Shown piece by piece: positions 13,601-28,446 of a stretch of 64,000 bases of DNA. The notes under the pieces were generated by a model. That model had not been told where the DNA came from. It saw only the letters and a list, made by a program, of their open reading frames with translations, and ran no database searches. Made by a program: the position numbers and the translations under genes. Every line of letters begins with the position of its first letter. Position 1 is the stretch's first letter. The stretch is taken from the NCBI GenBank assembly GCA_951406725.2, contig OX597822.1:89776001-89840000 (forward strand), read 5' to 3'. The DNA is from Octopus vulgaris. Taxonomy: Eukaryota.

Positions 13601-16600
13601 GTGATTCTGACACTCAAACAGGAAAAATAATATGAATTGAGGGAACAAGCTTAAAAGGGCCAATGGTACACATCAAGGGTGATGTACTGAATGATGAATG
13701 CAAACATGAGTTAAAATTTTTTTGAAAAAGTTAAGAATTTCATGAAATAAGTTTACATGCTTAAGAGGAAATCTGATTTTTGTTTGCAGGCTAGGGAAGA
13801 GCTGCTGACAGGTTTTGAACCCCATCAGCATAACATGGTTTTGTTTAGTTTTCTTTCTCTGAAATTTTGTTTGAGAATTTTTTCATGTACATCATTTGAT
13901 TTTGGTACATCACACTGTAACCTGTTTTAACATTTAAACAGCATATGTCACAAAAATTGAGCTGGTAAAATCTCCACATATGACAATGGTGCTTATTCAT
14001 TACTACTTTTCCTAAGTTACCAATCACTACACCTATAATAAACATAAAAATTTCACTCATAGAATGTGTTCCATTAGCTGGAATTGAAATACATATATAT
14101 TTATAGGTGCAGGCATGAGTGTGTCATTAGAAATTTGTTTCCTAACCACATCATTCCAAATTTAGTCATACTGTGTAGCGCCTTGTACTTTAGCAATGGG
14201 CTGACCAAAATCTTATGAGTGGATTTGGTAGACAAACTTAAAGAAGACTGTCGTGTGTGTGTGAATATGCTTGTGTTTCTTTGCTTTGGCATTGCATGAT
14301 AGTTGTAAAATTATTGTTATTGTCATACCATCAGTGAAATTCACTTTCAGTATTCTGCAAGAAAATGTCCTTGCTTGGAAACAGATGAGGATTAGCAAGA
14401 GGAAAGGTGTCTGACTGTAGAAAATCTGCTTCAACAAATTCTGTTCACTCGATGCGAGTATGGAAAAGTGGATATAAAAATGATGATGATAAATATACAT
14501 ACACAAACACACACATATAGGTATGATATAGATAGATAGATATATGTAACTTCTACACACATACTGATAGAAATGGTAAGACAACAAAAGAATGAAAGAG
14601 ACCTCAATATTATGTAAATAGAGGAATTTATCTGTAAATGTAATATGTGACAATTATTCGGTAGCCATGATAAAACAATAATTTCCCTTTGTTTAACAGT
14701 CATTTTCATAGCATTTTTTTCTGATGGCTGGATAATTGAAGAGTTGGCAGCATGGGTTTCTGGCCAGACATCCAAAACTTGGAGTTTTATCATGGCTACC
14801 AAATAATTGTCACATATTACATTTACAGATATATATATATACACACACACACATACCTGTAGATATATGTACATACACACACACATATATAACATATATA
14901 TATATAAATTATATTCTGTTCAGAACATAGCATAGTACAAAATAGAGCTCATTCACTCTTAGAATTACCAAACAGCCAGTAGTATTACAATATACTTCCA
15001 AGTCTAGATTTGGGCATTTTTTGTGTATGAAAATAACAATGGGATTGAGTGACTCAGCTCAAGTAACAGATATCATTGGAATCTTCCTCTTATTTCAGAT
15101 CAAATCCAAATTCCCACTGATAATGGGAAGTCTGTACAAGGATAATGCTCTTTTTCTAATGAAAACTGTACAAAAATAAAGATAGAAATATATAGAAAAG
15201 AACTCCATATGTTTTTTAGACGTTTTGGCCTTTCTGTAACCATAGACAGTAATTACCATAAGGCAAATTTTCTAGATGTGACTTTTAATTTGGAAAGTGG
15301 CCTATATGAACCATACCGAAAGCTGAATGAGAGCTTAAGATACATAAATGTAAATTCCAATCACCCATCATCCATAACTAAGGGAATAATTAAGAATACA
15401 GCCACCAGAATATCAAGATTATCAGCCACAGAGGAAATATTCAACCAATATAAACCATACTACAATGAAGCACTAGTTAGGGCCAGATATAAAGGAAAAA
15501 TCAAAGTTTGAAAATAACGTAAACCCAAATAACAATAACACAAATGCACATAAGGTAGAATACACCCAAAACACAAATGACATCAACAAACGAGTAACAA
15601 TAAAAAAGAGAAAACACGAAGAAAAACTGAAAGGAAGAAAACAGATATAACCCAAAAGAATAGAAATAATTGGAATACAGACACACATAATCACAACAAC
15701 ATACAAAATAGGAAGAAGAAGCCAAACAAAAGGTACAAAAATTTGGAGGTCGTATGGTATAATCCAATTTTTGGACTGCAAATATCATCCAAGACAGGTA
15801 AGCAATTCATTGCAACATTAAATAGATGCTTCCCTGAAACACATAAATACTACTATTTATTCAACAAACACACAGTGAAAATATTGTATGCAATATCTTA
15901 CAACATGGAGTACTTCATACATAAATAAAACAACAGGAATTTAAACATACAAATGATGTTGTCTGCTGGCAAAGAACAAACAAATCAAAACATCACAGGA
16001 TTTAAGACCAATAACAAAAATAAACCAAAGATAGACCATAATAACTCAGATAACGTACAAGACGGAGGTAATAAAATTAGAATGAATCATCGAAAAAGAT
16101 GCAACAAAAAAGACAGCCAATTCCAGAATGCTTTAGACACTAACAATCAAATAGAACATCATGAAAACAAAATCAAAAAGTTACCAGATAAACATAAATA
16201 TAATGATAGTACAAATAACTGCATATGCTGTAGAAAATCTACTTGTCCGCTCATGAACCAATGTGTCCAAAAAACATAATATACAAATGCACAATCTCCA
16301 CATCCCAACATAGATATACATACATAGATGCCTTGGAAAACCAATTCAAAGTCTGTTATCACCACTACATCTGGTCATTCGATAAAATAAACAGATGACA
16401 CACAACTTCACTGGCAGACCTAATATGGAGACTGAAAGAATCAAAAATTAAATACGAAATAAAATGGCCAATAATAAAAAATGCACACCTATGTAATTTG
16501 CTGTCTGGTAAATGTGACCTTAGCCTTGAGGAAGCATTGAGTATACTGCTGAGTAATAAGAACCTGGTAAACAAACACGACGAGAAAGTTCCAAGGTGTA

Positions 16601-16770
16601 ACCACTGCACCAAGTATGCATTTTCAAGATGTATAAAAATAATAATTATAATTCAGTCCCCCGCCATTCTTCTCATCCTATATGTATATGTATATACCTA
16701 AGTACATACATATATGTAAATAAATGTATGTCTGTGCATGTATTTGTTGACTGCTGTATGTATATAAGTA

Positions 16771-16801
<31 letters not shown>

Positions 16802-19800
16802 GGGGATGCCCAGAGATGTATATGTATGTGTATATATTACATATGTAAAGTGATTGTATATGTATGAAGGTATATATATGAGTGTATCTGCGTGAGTATA
16901 TGAGCATGTATACATGAATATACAGGGTGCGTAAGGTATTTGAGGACAGATTTATGTTTATAAAAAAACAGATATATAATATCTTTATTTATCAAAAAAT
17001 GCTATGAGGATAAAAATAAGCCTTCTTTTCGATAATAAAGCCACTTTCAGCTTCAACAACTGCTTCTATATGAGATCTAAATTACCTAAATGCTTGAATC
17101 AAGTGGTCCTGATTCATTTTGGACATTACTCTGACTATGGCAGCTTTCAAAGAATCTTTGGTATTATGGGCATGTTCATTGACTTCTCTCTCAACAATGC
17201 TCCACATGTAATAGTCCAATGGATTGCAATCTGGGGAATTAGGAGGTCAAATATTAGGGGTTATGTGATCATGAAAATTTTCAGCCATCCATTCCTGTGT
17301 TACTAAAGCCATGTGTGATAGTGCAGAGTCTTACTGAAACACGTATGGCCTTCCATTGCATATATTGTCTATCCAGAGCTTCATAATTATTTCCAGGACC
17401 TCAATGTAGGTGGCAGTTAACTCTAAGGCCTTGTGGAAAGGAGTAAGGAGGCATCACATGTCCTTCATTGCAGACAACCCCTAAAGCCATGACAGTTGCA
17501 AGAAATTTTGTATGCATAACACTTGGAACTTCAGAAGGGTTTGCACATAACCATCTGTCATTTCTTCTGTTAACTTTTTGATCTTTGTTGAAGTTTTTCT
17601 TGTTTGAGAAAAACCAAATCAAATCTTCTTCTGCTGGATTTTTCAGTTTGTTTAAGAACCATTTAGATCTGATGTAGTGATTTTCTTTTGCTTTTTCTGA
17701 CAAATTGACCATACCTCATCATATAAGACCTCAATGTCTTTGTGGACATCTGATGTCTTTGTGGACAGCATTTTTCACTGTTCCTTCTAACACATGGAGA
17801 TCTTTTGCAATTCACCTCATGGACTTTCTGAGATTGTAATCAATGGTCTGTTGAACTTGCTGGATAAATTCAAGGGGTCTGATGATTTCAGAGCATTTAG
17901 AATGCTTTTTATGCTTTGATACTGGTGATATGTTTCCATCTTCAGTCTCTAGCTCCTTACAAACTTTATAGACTAGCTCCTTTTAAAGATTGAGATATTT
18001 TAAAATCACTATGCTCAGCCTTTATAACCACAATAACAGCATGTTTCTTCATTTCTTGAGCAAGCTGAAGGTGTGCCGTTATTATTTTCTGAAACAAAGA
18101 TTATACAGAGTTAGCAAAAAATGCAGCAATGACCCCACAAAATTATGCCCTCAAATGTCTTACGCACCCTGTGTATATGGGAGAGGGTGTGGGTGTCTCT
18201 GAACCACCGAATACTGAAGGTCGGACAATAAAATTTCATATGTGCAGCCTAACATGCAGAACAAAATAAACAGGCAATACATCCAATACCAATCAGAGCA
18301 GGCGTGCAAAAGCACGTTAACAGCAAGCAGAATCAAACTACCAGCATCTACTAAATCCAAACAAGGCAGATGGATATGTTAGAATCAAAGTCGAAGGTTT
18401 TGTAACTAACAGGGACAGCAATTGAATATCACCAGAAGAAATACAACTCAATCCCATTATACAGGTAAACCATTGCATAATTAAATTCCTGTATATATGA
18501 AGAACTATGCTGTATGGAAACATTTGTAGTGATTAAAAAATAATTGTCCAACTGTACTCCTCCTATCTTATTCAATTATATATATATATATATATATATA
18601 TAACAATTGCAGCGTGGAAGGTGTTTATAAGCCATTTAAGAAACACACAAAAGCCGTTCGATTCACTTCAACATTTAAGTTTAATTTGTCAAAATATTTT
18701 CGTCGCTAAAATCCACGACCTGTTCACTGACAAAGTCCGTGCTGCATCTAAGAAAGTAACAGTTAGTTCGTCATATATATGTACGTATGTATGTATGCAT
18801 ACATGTGTGTATGTATGTACGTATGCATGTACACACATACGCCTGTGTATGCATGTATGTATGTATATATGTATGTGTGTGTATATGCACGCACATACAC
18901 TCTATAAAACATAAAGCTATAAACCTGTAGCGATGGATGGATGTAGAGTGACCACTCATCACAAAGCTATCAAATTTCAACTTCCTACGGCCCGAAGCTA
19001 GAAAGTGATTTATGACGCTTACTCCCAAAACTATACCCTAAAATCTATTATCAGATTTTTATCTCTATATCACAGAACTATTGTTTTACTACATACGCAC
19101 ATACATACATACATACGCACAATAGTAAAACAATAGTTCTGTGATATAGAGATAAAAATCTGATAATAGATTTTAGGGTATAGTTTTGGGAGTAAGCGTC
19201 ATAAATCACTTTCTAGCTTCGGGCCGTAGGAAGTTGAAATTTGATAGCTTTGTGATGAGTGGTCACTCTACATCCATCCATTGCTACAGGTTTATAGCTT
19301 TATGTTTTATAGAGTGTATGTGCGTGCATATACACACACATACATATATACATACATACATACATACATACATACATGCATACACAGGCGTATGTGCGTA
19401 CATGCATACGTACATACATACACACATGTATGCATACATACACACATACATACGTACATATATATGACGAACTAACTGTTACTTTCTTAGATGCAGCACG
19501 GACTTTGTCAGTGAACAGGTCGCGGATTTTAGCGACGAAAATATTTTGACAAATTAAACTTAAATGTTGAAGTGAATCGAACGGCTTTTGTGTGTTTCTT
19601 AAATGGCTTATAAACACCTTCCACGCTGCAATTGTTTTCGTTTCAGCACACGATCTCAGATCAAATTACTTGCTATGCGAGTACATCTCCGTAATATATA
19701 TATATATATATATATATAATCATCATCATCATCATCATCATTATTTAACATCCACTTGTTCATGCTTTTGTGGGTTGGACAGAATTTGCTGAGGCAGATT

Positions 19801-22800
19801 TTCAACAGTTAGATGCCCTTCTTGTCATCAACCCTCACCTGTTTTCAAGTAAGGTAATATTCCCCATGACCAGACACGTTTTCACAGAAGACTGGAAACA
19901 AAGGACACTGTGACACCTATTCACAACTATCACATGGACGTCAAGGCAAGGAGACAGTAACACACACACATTCATTTTTATGTCTTTTTTCCATGCAGTC
20001 ATAGCTAAACAAATATACTATTGATGTACTGTTTTACAGTTGGATGTCTTTCCCGTCACAAACCCATACCCATGTTTCAATAGAGAGATCTTTTATTTCA
20101 CATGTCTTGAAAAGCTGTGAAGCGAGCAGATGATTGTTGACAGAAGTGATGGCAACAAAATCACAGATAGCCAGTAACTTTTGTGGAACACAAATGTAAA
20201 CAAAGATGGAGTCACATACATGCCCACATATGTACACAGTGAATGTTAACTCTTGACCAAGAAAGACCATTTCTTAAACTCACTTCATTCTAATCATACA
20301 CACATACATGATGGCTATCAACTCATCGATGAGTATGACCATCACTGACAAAGCAATGGCTGAGCAAAATTTTAGGCTCCATAAGGTTTGCACACCTCAT
20401 ACACTCCTCCACCATATTGACATGATACAGTGACAAACCAAGGCAAGACGTCTAGTGCTAATATGGATCACGGGTTCGAGAATGTGAGAACACTCTGATC
20501 TTAAGTGCAAAAGATTCCTACCATTCCTGTACATCTGATTTTACATCAGTGACCTTCTCCCAGAGATACTCTTTAGCAAAAGCTGAGAGGTACCTCACTC
20601 TCAGTGGTCTTCCAGCATACCAGACACTAACCTGGAATTTATGAGTACCTATGGTATTGCTAGATAGTTGTCAAACCTACTCTGGGTTCATCTATCCTTT
20701 TTTTACAGGTCTTGTTTTTAGTCCTGGTAGATTTTCTAGCAATACTCCTCACCAAGCTAGCTTGGTGGGGGTGCCAATTTAATCGCCAGTGACCCAAATA
20801 TGCAACTGGTTGTACTAGATTCCATGTTAGCAGCAAAACTCATGAGAGTCCTGACAGATAGACAAACATTTGGTAGCATAGTTTTACCATACCACCAGCA
20901 GTAGAGTGGGTGCCTGTCAAGACTAATCTCCTTTCTACAGTGTATCAGTTTTCATTCATTTACTGCTCTCTAGTTGAGTTACATTCACTATAAATGCAGG
21001 ATCCACATCTCCTCCATGTAGTTAAAGAAGAACCCTTTAATAAACTACTGGGTTTGTTTGGATTACCCAACAACCTAGACAAGTTGCATCACTATGGCTG
21101 CATTTCCATGACTTTTGCAGTTTACCAGATAATAGTATGGTCAGGCACAGTGGGGCACAGGATTGCCTCTGATACGAGTGTGGGATGCTTATAACAGCAG
21201 TCTGAAGGTGATGGCTAGTTGAGAAGCCATCGTCATAGTAGTAGGCAAAACAGGTGTCTGAGTGGAAAATGAAACTATCTTCATTGTACTAGGCTGGGAG
21301 GTGCATTTAGTTATGAAGCTTTTAGTTTAAAAAATAGTGAAGAGTGTCAGAAGAAAAATGTTTACAAGAAATTTCTTTTCATTACATAAACAGTATAATT
21401 ATTTATGTTCACAACTAAGTCTTACCTGATCAACTGTACTACGAGTTTCAGCTTCACCTTGGTAAATAACTTTCCGGTTACTGGCCAAAGAAGAACCAAG
21501 GAAAAGACATGGCCATATATAGTGACTGATTATGCGACTTCTGTAATCTGAATTGACACTACGGCGATATCTGAATAGTAAATATAATAGATTCTATAAA
21601 TTATGAAGAACATTTTCAAGTAACATTAAAATTAGAAAAAAAAAAATTTCTAATCATTTATTGTGGAGGTTATACAAAATCAACCAGTTCTACTACACAA
21701 TATTAGTTAATGTAGTAGAGATAGAAAAGGCAGAAAGCAGGCTTGTTAGAATGAGCTTCATGTAGCAGAACTACATGCTATTACTTTTTTTAGGACACTA
21801 CCATCTGGTTAACTGCAAAATTTTCTTTTTGGGCTATTTTCTAATACAATCTGCAACTTTTTGAAAATTTTATGCTACTTTTATGAAAATGATCTGGCAA
21901 TCCTGGCAGAAAGAGTGGGTTAGAAGTTGAAGTGTGTGGGTGATGTTGCTACTACACACATAAATATCTTATTTGGTATACAAAAGAAAGCCAGTTCACA
22001 AGTTCACTTACTCTCACACATACATCAACCACTATCTCACAGATGCAATGTTTCCTCTTTCCACCTGCTCTGCAATTATTACAATGAATTCTGCTTTTCT
22101 GAACTAGCTGGGAACAAAACCTCTTTTCTCTGGCCCACACAATACACTCTTTCCACCACTGAAATTTTACTCTTAACACTTGTTACAGTCATTCCTTTCC
22201 AGAGATGCAACCATTTGGAACACTAACCCAAGCTATGATTTTCATACAGACACAAACCTACAAATTTTCATGATGTATGTCAACTGCATCAATCTCACTA
22301 ACTCCTATTTGTTATTTGTCAAGCATTGAACAAGCTATTTGGTCAAATGTCAGTTCTACTCAAAATTTTTATGCCCAAAACCTTAAACTTTCTCTAGTCT
22401 GGGGTTTTCAATTTAATATTTTCTTAATCTCTGTTTTACCTTATTGTTATTATTTTTTTGTTAAATTGTAGGCTTAATTTGTATTTTGAAATACAATCTG
22501 CAACTGCAATATCTGGGCTACAACCATTTTACATACTTGCTTATTACTACAATAGACTAAATTTTTTTTTTTTATCCAAGTCGTGTATTTTATTTCCTGT
22601 ATATCAGGAATTTTCTTCTGTTATTCTTAATAATTACTATTTTTATACCACTTTTATCAGCTACAATACAATAATAGTATGATATTGGACTGAGTTTATA
22701 TTTCTAAATCTCTTAATATTTCTCAAAGCATCTCTGTACTTTTAGAGTTGTTGGACTATTTTGATCAAATAACTATCAATTATATAGTGTTAATTAGATA

Positions 22801-25800
22801 GACACAATCTCTACTATGGATCTTTATGGATAATTAATCATTAATCACATTCTTAGTTGTAGTTATCTTAATAAATAGAATATCTTTTCCAAACAAGTGA
22901 AAATGTTACTGGTTATGAAGAAACATACTTCACTGGATCAAAAACTGTTTCAATTCCAAGGTCAATGTCAATGGGAATAACCAGGCAAGCCATATTCCAA
23001 CCTAGTTTACATGCTTCACGGATAAATGACTGAATTACTGAAATACTGCAGTCACTTGGAAGTAAGTAGTTTAAGGATGAATCCACATCTTCAATAACAT
23101 CCTAAAAAATAATTTGGTAAGTTTAATGGAATGAAAAATCATCATAGATAGTCAGTGACTGTAGTAAGTATTAATGCAATTGACTGTCACACATTAGCCC
23201 TTTACCGCCCAAAGCCGCCCCCCCAAAAATTTAGGTTTATGTGACCAAACCGCCCAAATCCACCCGTATTTACCTAGTCATATTTAAATGAGAATATCAG
23301 AGCAAATCTCTTTAGTATATTCGTGAAAACACATGATTATACTTCGTAAACAGTTCATCTACAGTTTTGTACAATGATCGAAGTGTAATTTTAATTCTGT
23401 GAATTTTGGGAGATTTTTTTCCGAAATTTGTTCCTATTGTGTTTTCAAACTTTGTAATTCTGACAAAAAATGGATACGAATTTCATTATATCAAGCAGCG
23501 AGTCAGAATTCGAAGGCTTTTCTACTGAAGACCTTCATAAATCTAACTCTATGACTGAAAAAAAAAAGCACGTGGTATTTGATAATGAATCCGATGTTTC
23601 ATTTTCCGAAAATGAAACAGTGAATCCGAGAGCTCCGACAGCAATAAAGAAAATGAATTGGCACCTGAATGGAGTGAAAATTTAGAAACTGTTTCTTTCA
23701 GTGATTTTTCTGAAGAAACTGGACCAAGCCACAATCTTTCCCAGGAGAGTAAAGCCTTAGACTATTTCTTTTTACTTTTTCGAATGAGCCTATTTGAAAT
23801 CATTACAGCGGAAACAAACCGTTACGCTAAATGTAAACAAAGCGAAAGAAAGGATACTTTGTGGTTTCCCACAACCTTAAATGAAATTAAGGCTTCTTTT
23901 GCCATAAATATTATTATGGGTATCAGAAAGTTACCCAGAATAACAAATTCTATAGTAAAATTTTGTTGTATACCCAATTGAATATTAGCTAATAACCTAT
24001 TTTCTATAGCGATGTTTGAACAAAAATTTTAATAATTTTATATTTTGTTGAATTTACCTGTATCTACCTGCAATTAGAGTCACTTTGTGACAAAAATTAT
24101 AGTATAGAATTGGTTGAGAACATTTTATTAAATTATCTTCCAAAAATCAGATTAATATATTGATAAATAAAAAAGTTATAGTTGTTTAATGAAACCAGAC
24201 TAAATTTATGATTACGTTAGAAATTAATTGAAACACATAAGGTGTGTATTTTGGTCAGAAATATAGTAACGAAAGGGTTAATTCAAGTAGATGGATGGAA
24301 GACGTAAAGTACTTGTAGAATGCTTAATTCATAAAGAGGAAAATATGAAAATAATACAAAAAAGAACAATTTATTATAAAAGAAATTTCATTAGATCTAT
24401 TTCCTATATTGATTGGTTATGGGTTTTGGTTGTAAGAAGAATCACTCAGCTATTTATCAGCTCTAGATAGAAGCACATTAATACTGCACATCTCATTGGT
24501 GCAATATTAGTTGTGCATGATCATATAGTTACAGAAACTGTAATAACAGAGTCATGAGTGAATTCTGGAGGAAGAAAAGACCGAGAATATTTGGAGAGTT
24601 AGCTGATTGATCAGAAACGTGAGTATGAGATCAGCCTTGGACAGAAAGGCTGACATTTTAGCTTCTGTACCAGCAGTTTTGCTTTGAGAGAACTATGAAG
24701 TTGAAGTCACCAAGAACGACAACTTCAGGGAGAGATAAGCAAAAAAGGGTACCTTGATTAAAAAAAGCTTATATGTGATGAAGACAAACCATCTTCATGA
24801 TTGCTCAACATGTTAAATTTAGCAGCCTCTCTCAAATTCCAGCCTACAGAAAGACATTCAATAATGTAATCTAGAAAATACAATGACAGAAAATAATATG
24901 GAATAGGCATTACTAGATCATAGGTCAATTTGATAAGAACTAACTTGATTCTAAACAAGAACAACTTTAGGGAAAGAAGTGAGATGATGTCCTCAATGCA
25001 GAGTGAGAATTTGGTGACATCTGCTAATGTTAGGATAGTTGTGAAGATAGTAAGTGAACATGGAAAAATTAGGAAAGGAAAACTTCCAGTGTAATTAGAA
25101 GTCATATTTACCATTAATGTCAGCTCTCCTTAGAGAGGGTGAGAGTAGTAGTGGAGAGTTGATAAGCTCAGATTTAATTTTTACAGAGAAATTACAGCAG
25201 AGGGTGTAATGTCAAAAACAGAAATGGATTGAAGATAGAAGGTATAAAATTGTGAATTAAAAAGAAGTATAATGTGATTTGTAACTGTGAAGGAAGTAAT
25301 AAAACCAAGACAGGAAAAGAGACTATTTCATAGAAGAAAAAGGATTGATCAAATTATTTTATGAAGTTTAATTGACTAGTTTAGATAACATTTAAGCCAG
25401 GCAGATATAGTAATGGGATAATTTTTTTTTTAGGTCATAGAAATAGGAAAATAAAAAGATGAAGTAGCAATCATGCACAAATATTTTACAAGTTTAGCAT
25501 TATATCAATATAATGTTAGACAATTATAAAAGAAAAAAAAAATTGTTAGTGAAAATCAGATTGATTCATTTAAAAAAGCTAAAATATAGTCTTATTTATT
25601 TAACTTACAGTTACAATAGCTCTCAAATCATAAGGGCCAGCAAGTCTGAAGATAAACTCTTGAATCAATTGCTCCTTTGACTGAGGGCTGTCATATTTAC
25701 CATCAAAAAAATCTCGAAGTTTGGTTTTATATTGATGAAGGCTAAATCGTCCTGCTGAACAGGCTTTCTAAGAAAGTTGAAAATATATTATGATGGTCAT

Positions 25801-28391
25801 AACAAAACATTTCCCAGGGTATATAACAATTACTAAAGTTAGAATAAATTACAAGTCTAGAAAAATTGAATTAAAAATCAAAAAGTAATTTAATAAAAAA
25901 AAAGCATCCTTTTTATACCTCAAAAAGGTGCTTACAATTATTAACAGTTAATGAATAAAAATAAAATCACTCATTAGAGAACAAGTAAAATTACTGTATA
26001 TTTATATAAACAAAGTAATTTACTAGTTTCTCTCTTCTAGTGTAACTGATGAGCTAAAATGTCAAATATCTTTGACAAGTTTTGCTTTGAATTGTAAACT
26101 CTTAGCATTGAATACTATACATATCTGGAAGAAGATTTGCTCTTTGTCACCTCAAAACACAGATGACAACATTATTCTTAATTCCCTTGCTTTTGATGTA
26201 CAAACCACATTCATATGCAATTACAACTCCTCCTACCAAGCAAGATCGTTCTACAGGAACAGAGACATTATAACCATTCTGTAATATACATGACAACACA
26301 GTCAATCAACAGACTCTACACATATCAACAGGACTATATCCAACATACACCAACTACATAGCCTAGACTACCTCACAAAAAGGATTTCTTTTTCAATCAG
26401 AAAACACTAAGCTCTGAAAAGTTAACTTAACAAAAGTTTACCTTAGATATTTGGAATGATGTACCTGTTTACATGTACCTACATTCTAGATTACAATCAA
26501 AGTTTACAATCTTGTAACAAAGCCCATGGACAAGATGGTGTTCAAGGATTTGGGCTTGAAAATCTGAAAAGTATGCACAACTATGCACTATATGGAAAAT
26601 AGAATACCAACATGGATGACAAAAGGAAAGACAGTGCTAATACAGAGGGACAAAGAAAAGGGAGGTGAAGTCAGTAGTTATAATGATACTCGGTTGAGGA
26701 AAAAGTTTGTGTGCCATGTTAAAATAATGATTTTTTATGCAAGAATTTGTTCAAAATCAACAACAACTATTCTTCAAAATAAAGACCATCATTTCCCACA
26801 ACCTTCTGCCAATGATCTGCAAGCTTTTGGATTTGGTCAAAGTATCAATCCTACAGCTTTGAATCAGAAAATTTTTGACAGGCTTCTTCAACATCCTCAA
26901 ATGACTCAAATCGGTGACCTTTCATAAAGTGCTACATTGATTGGAAGAGACCATAGTCAGATGGAGCAACATCTGAACTATAGGTTGGATGTGGCAGAAC
27001 TTCCACACCATCCAGTTGTGTCGACTACTCTGATTAGTTGGTTTTGGTGCAGTTTAACTCTTGCTTTATTTCGCGCCAATGTGTAAACCAACCAATCGCA
27101 GCCTTCTGATAAGGTCCCGTGACACAGTCTTCTAGGTTCTCTTCTGGAGCCCACTAATCTCTTTAAAAGCTAGATCAACAAACCATAATTCGTCTTTGGT
27201 TCTAGTCTTTCTAAGGACTAACCTCTGACTACAGAGCATCCAGTGACACAGCCATGTTCCAGTGACTCAGCCAGTTCCAGTGACTGCAACACCAACACCA
27301 ACAGCATTTCAGGACCTACCATCACCGTCGCCTTTCAATCTTAATGTCATCTCCACTACCACATCAATATGCACACAGCAACATCGCCCAGACTTAACTT
27401 CACGCTGTTTGTGAATACTCACCAAGGTTAACAGCTAGCTCAACCTGTGAGAACCTTCTGTACCACGTAACCTGGCACAGCATTGAAGCCACAACTGCTA
27501 CATGACATGTGTTCAACCAGCCTCTGCCTTGTGACCTCAACTTTATTGTTACAGTACCTCTGCTATTGCATTCATTACTACGAACTAGTATTTACCTTCA
27601 TCTTGTATCTGATCTACTTCTAGCATCCTGATAGACTCATTTCTATTGCTCTGTATTTTATCTCACACACATACACCTTGTTTGTACACACTTACACATT
27701 ATTGTATCCTTTGATGGCCTGTCTATATTATTATTATTACGTATGTACTTATGTCGAACACACAGACACACTCTGCTACCCACATGTTAAGATCTAAATA
27801 AAACCTTTCTCTTAACATTTACAGTTGTGTTGTCTCTCTCTTATTACTTTTGGCACTTATTCGTTTATCCATATTTTGGCTTTTATTGTCAGGTGACCGT
27901 GCGGTGTTTAAAGGAGTCATTCATTCGTCACCATCTACTTTTGCACGGTTGTTCTACAAGGCCAAGTCACATGCTGAAATAATATCAAATAATGAAACTC
28001 CCTAGTTATCAGCAGTGTTCTAAGTAAGCTTCATAAGCATTACATAGTCATTAAAGTATATAGTTCCTATTATTATAAAGCAATTTAAAAGAATATAATG
28101 GCACTAATGGGTACAATTAATGCCAGGTCCACAGACAAATTGGTACTATGAGAAAAGTTACCTTGAATCAAGTAATTTACTAAGCATGCCTGAAAAGCAA
28201 AAACAAATGCCCTAAGAGAAGAGAGAAATACTATTTGAATCTAATCATTAAAATTATAAACAAGAACTTTGTTTATAATCATAAACAGAACTTTGCATTT
28301 TGTATGAACTTTTGATTGTTGCATGGACACTTTTTAAATAGATAGATAGATAGATTTATTGATTGATTGATTGGTGGGTGGGTAGGTAGGT

Positions 28392-28446
<55 letters not shown>

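Noticed and set aside
18621-19617. Duplicated mirror ORFs (MFISHLRNTQ..., MGVSVINHFL...)
   Set aside because: They are a by-product of the palindrome and its (TACA)n content.
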